From Marsupella aquatica (Eukaryota; Plantae; Marchantiophyta), in NCBI GenBank assembly GCA_973895155.1, contig OZ316896.1, positions 6,500,166-6,564,165 of the forward strand: a DNA stretch of 64,000 nt, read 5' to 3'. Each line of letters starts with the position of its first letter. The stretch's first letter is position 1. The notes below the pieces were generated by a model. It saw nothing but the letters and a program-made list of their open reading frames with translations, was not told the DNA's origin and did not search any database. Shown here in pieces: positions 59,138-64,000 of the stretch. The position numbers were made by a program, and so were the translations under genes.

Positions 59138-61379
59138 GACCCAAGTCCTTCATTGAAAACTCCTACTCAACATTGCTTTCAGATGGGCAACATCATACTT
59201 ATTCTAGGATTTATTCTCAACCAGGACTGGCATGTCATTCATGTATAGTGTTATAATAACAGAATGTAACCAAAGCGCCGTGAGTAATTCTTCACCACTA
59301 CATGTAAATACAACAATCATGTTCACTCCACGTGAACTCTTGAGACAATATGAAGGAATCAAAATATTTATTCTGTTGTCTGGGACTCTACTTCAATTTG
59401 TATAACGAGCGCAAGTGCTGACACGCCAAATGTTTGTTCTTCTCATCAATAAAACCTGGAGGCTGAGTTAATATAAATCTCTACATCAAGTAATCCATGC
59501 AAGAAAGCAATAATTACATCCATCTTATCTAATTCAAAATCATAGAATATCACAATCGCAAGTAAAACACGGATAGTAGTGAGTTTGACAACTGGTGACA
59601 AAATAGAAAATCTTCGTGTAGTCCAACCCTTCTTCTAGGTGTACCATTTGGCTACAAGATGTGCCTAGCTTGTAAGTGTCATCCTGCTTCTTCTTGTACA
59701 ACCATCTACACAGAAGTTATGTTTTTCTGTGAAACATGTTAGTTAAGCGCCAAGTTGAATTCTTCTTCAAAGAATTCATCTCCTTCACAATTGCCTCCAT
59801 CCACTTATCCTTCTTTAGAGAGGCCGTAGCTTCTTCATAGCTAGAGGGGTCTCCATCTTTAGTGAGCAAAATAACATCAAGATCATTGTAAGTTGCACTC
59901 AAACACATGAACACAAGGATCTTCAAAACCAAATCTATCAAGGGGTTAGCCAAATTGGCCCTTGTAGAGTGCCTTAGTTTAGGAACTATAGCTTAGTCTA
60001 CTTGTCATGCACATACACATCGCTACACAACATACATTGCTTGTCACACACAAGATAATGGAATAGAAGTGAAACTCATGAAAAGGTCAGTGTCCTTAAG
60101 AGCCTCTATCAAATCAGCTACGGTTTTTTTTACACTCTTTGGCTTAATTTGTAGGAGTGCAATCCCACTGTGGGATTTTTTTGGGTGTACCCTAGTTTGG
60201 CAAAATTGCTACGCTTGTACCTACATGGACCCCATGACTGCTTGTACTTGCATCATGCAGAAATGCTAGATGCTGGATGTGCAGCTCCATGTCTTTCACC
60301 TCAAGCCACACTCGCATTTTAGGACATTTCTACAGTACTTTTTGGATTGTGAGTAGTTGTTGGACTTCATCTATGAAAAGGCTGAATTCCCTTGGTTGTA
60401 CATCCAAGAGCACAGTTGCCTAATCCTAGTTTAGGGCTTTGAGTGGAGGGGTTCCACCATTGACAACATCAATGAGAATTAGTTGAAATCAGTATTTTGG
60501 CTCCTTAGGGGCAGAATGCCCACATTTTTTACCAAACTCAAGGGATTTCTTTCAGGCTTGCCAGGCTCAACGGGCTGAATATGTGAACTTCCTTGGAAAG
60601 GATTTCTTGCACAATAATTCCTTGCCCAGACTAGCGAAGGAGGAAAGGACTCGCTTTTGCCTGCAAGTCTTGCATCCTCCACCCACTGAAAGGGAATCCA
60701 ACTCCCCCATCGCCTGGAATGCCACCATGACACAGACATTTCAAGCCCATAGCTATCTAAAAGGCAGAATTTCATAAACACATTTTCTATCGCAAGATTT
60801 GATTCAAAGACTTCCTTACAAATTTGAGTAATCGGCCAACAAAGTGTTACAGGTCGATGCACAAACAGTCGTTGTTGAAGCTCCATTGACGTAAGTCCTT
60901 GCTCACCAAGCTAACCTCGTGCTGTGCCCAATGTACTTTGAAAATTTGATATTCTTTGTCGTGTGGGTTTTTTGCGCTAAACCCCTAAGCTGAAACTCCA
61001 AAACCCTTTACCTCGATTATGCGTAGTTGAGCACCTTGTTGCGATCTGTCCGTTGCGATCTGTTGTTGCGATCTGTCCGTTGAGCCATAACATTGCCAAG
61101 CGGGATAATGAAAAAAGTGCACTTCAGCCAAGGCTATTCCTCCATAGCCATGAAAAAACCAGAAATAACTCTATCACTCGTATTGTCACACTCGATTCAT
61201 CCTTGGCAACGGGCTTGGCAACAATTGAAACTAGATATCAAAACTTCCAATTTTGCCCAATCTATGATTTGAGGTATAGCATACAACACCTCACGCATTG
61301 CAAAGCTCACACCATCGAGAGAATGATCTCTGGTCCCTCCTTCAAAAAAACCGTCAAAGATATCGTCAAACACAAATCT

Positions 61380-63350
61380 TTTTACACAAAAAATCCAAAA
61401 TGATGCAAACTTCAATTCCTCAGCACCACAAACTTTGTTCAAGGATTTTTTTGCACCGTCAAAAAGCCCTTGCCCCAATCTATCCGTTTAGCCCAACACC
61501 CAATTTAACTCCGTGAAATTCATTGACACTAAATGCTAGAAAACCATCACAAACACGTCACCTCCCAACCTGGCTAGCTAATACTGGTCAATTGTTAAAC
61601 TATGACATCCTTCTCAACGATAAGATCGTGACTCATTCCATGCACACGTTAGTCAACACAATCAAATACGTGGTTCACCTCTTCACCAAGGCTACATCCA
61701 CACAAACTCTCTGTCTCTCAAGTGACTTTGTTACAATGAGAAAACATATCATCCTAGTGGCCTACTCTAGCCCTGGTATTTTCAAAGTCACACATAACTA
61801 ACCTAAAGCCACGGAACTTGACTACCTTAACACTTAACTCCGGCGTCGCTGACTCCAACACTGAGCTCCTCTATGGTCCAAGCCCAAAATGACCATTCAG
61901 GGAGGATTTAGCATGGGGAGACTTGTGAGCAATGGGCGTTGTGCTGGCAAAGGTAAGGCACTAAGCTGGCGATGCACACTAAGGACTTAGACTAGTCGAG
62001 GGCTCGTCGGGTCATGGGAAAGGGCTGGACTCAAGGTTGACCGTCTGGACCCCTGGACAGAACTTGAGTTTTGAGAGCTTGAGTGAGAGCTCCTCTTGGG
62101 CCCAAGGCTAATGGAATTTACTTCATGCACAACGGACGCTTGGGGCACGAGATACGACCCGACCCAAGTTTGGCCACTTGGGGACCCCAAGCAATAACGG
62201 TTTCTGAGAGCCTAGGCATGAGCACTGGGTTGGCTCGATCACAATGGGCTAAGGTACTTCGCCTACGAACGCCTAACTATAAAGTTATGGGCAAAGCCAA
62301 TTTGTTGGCGTGCCCAAACATGCGGGTTGGGGTCCAGGTGGGGGGGCCAAAATTTGGGGACCAAAGTATTTTTTGGGGTGACAGGTGTCCAGAAGCATAT
62401 ATGAGGGGAGACTTTGTGTCTCCCGGGGGGCTACAAAGTTGTGAGTCGCGGCAGTCGCGACACCAAGGGGAAATGTCAAACAAAAAATGGCAATATCTTC
62501 CCAGCGGAAAGTCCATTGGAGAACTTATTGACTGCATTGGAAAGTTCTCAAGGAGGACTAATCCTTGTGAGCTCATCTGGGTCTGGGGATGCCATGGATT
62601 TTCAAGGTTTGTAGGGGCTATCTCGCTCATTTGCCAAATCCTGCCAAAATAGCAACCAAGCCGCATTCCATTTCCCAAGGGAGCTTGCGTTGGGGCACTT
62701 GAAGCGGAGTGAAGAACTTGGCCCCTAGGCTATCAATTGAGCAAGAACCATGAGTTTGTTGTTAGAGTCGAGTCATTCTGGTCCCGATGTTTTAGGACAA
62801 GCTTTAGGATAAGCTACGCTATTTGAGCCATGAGGATGTCCTTGGGGCAGGGCAGTCAATTGGTGATGGATAGATACAAGGGGGAGCCCAGGCTGCACCC
62901 AAGGACATTCTAGATGATTCATGGGTGTTGGCTCTAGCTCCGACTTATGGCAAAGGGAGAACCTATCGCTAACCTACTTACCAATGTCTGTTGAGCTTGA
63001 GTTAGGATGCTAGACTTGGGAGATCTAGATCCTTTTGGGGTTACTTATCGGAGTGTTTGGTTGCTTGTGCAAACAGCAAGGACTGCTTAGCAACGGTCAT
63101 GTTAGAGAGTAAGTGCAACTTTGTATGGGAGTGGCCGTCGGGCCAGGGTGCAAGGGGCATCAGGTTGCTTCCTCAAGGAGTTCTGTGGAGGTGTTCGGGC
63201 ACCAAGCCAGGGCACTTAGGCATGGGTCCTGGGACTGGTGAGGCCGATGGGTGGCAAGGTCCACCACTCCGAATGTCAACTAAGTTTCTAACTATGGTCA
63301 ACCTAGTTGCCATAACCTATGACTCACAAGACTAAAAGCAATACTTAACA
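61380..63350 (-). mobile_element. Degenerate copia 5' leader and 5' LTR (61593-63350), split by an inserted element
   Basis: 61400-61570 parallels the young copia leader (ACACGTCACCTCCCAA). LTR TGTTAA... with ATACGTGGTTCACCTC, ending ...TTAACA at 63350. Confidence 0.65.
61842..63265. mobile_element. ~1.4-kb non-coding insertion with ACTCC(G) target-site duplication; same family as 1-301
   Basis: ACTCCG at 61837-61842 and 63266-63271. The right end coincides with the end of homology to the copy at 1-301. Confidence 0.7.
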
Positions 63351-64000
63351 GGACTGGTCGGAGGCTTCACACAAAGCGCAAATGAGAAAAATGACTAGTA
63401 AATAGAAAATGTTGAAATCTTAAATAGGCGTTGCTGCACTAGCACTAGTCCAAACATGATCATGTTTGGACTCATTTTGAAGCTCTTGATGAGCCCCATG
63501 CATACCGAGGTTCCGTATTTGAGTTCAAGTCTGTATCAAACAACATCATGACAAGGAATTTAATGCTAGTAAAATAACAATCTAGGAGTAGGGATGGTGG
63601 GATGGCCCTAAGAAGGAAGGGCAAACCCACCTTTGTGTGTCCTCTTTCACCCTTTACAAGTTCTCCCATTTTTTGGCTTTCCTTCCCTTCACACTTTGTG
63701 GGGCTCCCACATTTTCCCTTCCCCACACCATGGAAGGGGTCCCCACACTTCCGTCTTCCCTTTTTTTTCACTTGTGGGGTTCTCACCCTGTCTTTGTTGT
63801 GCTTGCTTCCAATGATTGTACGGACCTTGGTCGTACAAATATCAATTTTCAACTGGCTTAGAATGATCTTATTAGGAGCTTGTTACAAAGAGCTCGCTGA
63901 GCTGAATCCAACAAGGTGTGACATAGCCAAAACAAAACTAAGGTGGTAAAGATATAGTAAATTGCGTTTTGATGATAATAATTTTTTGACTTTGGAGCCG

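Larger units (their letters stand above)
51472..59960 (-). mobile_element. Second degenerate copia: 3' LTR (51472-51741 + 57550-57578) split by the young element; RNase H/RT remnants at 57700-59950 carry two MITEs
   Basis: TGTTGG start at 51472. ...TAACA end at 57578 followed by PPT complement ATCTCCACCTT. Remnants 'GFIDSDYAG..DNRKFTT', 'CISWK...VALSTIEGEYMA', 'HWEAVKWILQYL', 'DPSSYEEA...KWMEAI..EMNSLKKNSTW'. Confidence 0.8.

Noticed and set aside
60300-61050. Possible captured gene fragment (135-aa ORF)
   Set aside because: No motif recognised in any frame. It cannot be supported without a search.
62083-62678. 189-aa and 133-aa ORFs inside the 1.4-kb insertion
   Set aside because: No domain signatures. 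ORFs of this length are expected by chance in GC-rich repeat DNA.

Overview
Nuclear DNA of a land plant (bryophyte/liverwort-like by impression; the species cannot be determined from the sequence), largely made of transposons. There are three intact host genes: an 11-exon phosphatidate cytidylyltransferase (CDS, + strand 4942-10144), an intronless J-domain/zinc-ribbon/DUF3444 DnaJ protein (- strand 36466-39183) and a chloroplast ferredoxin-thioredoxin reductase variable subunit (- strand 48231-48794). The rest holds a Helitron 3' end, a GCM-like/MULE/SWIM transposase pseudogene, a 5'-truncated LINE, a RING + palindromic-heptapeptide-repeat + RPA-like OB gene converging on a Sola-like DDD transposase, a PIF/Harbinger Myb/NAM-associated remnant, a psbZ-trnG-trnfM plastid insertion, solo LTRs, and a nest of Ty1/copia elements with MITEs. 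The most unusual signals are (i) 11 dispersed copies of a 15-bp palindrome TAGCGC-N3-GCGCTA in the non-coding parts of the MULE element and (ii) the 12.6-30.2 kb block of DNA-transposon-associated genes with hairpin-forming coding repeats. All domain calls come from motif recognition by eye, not from database searches.
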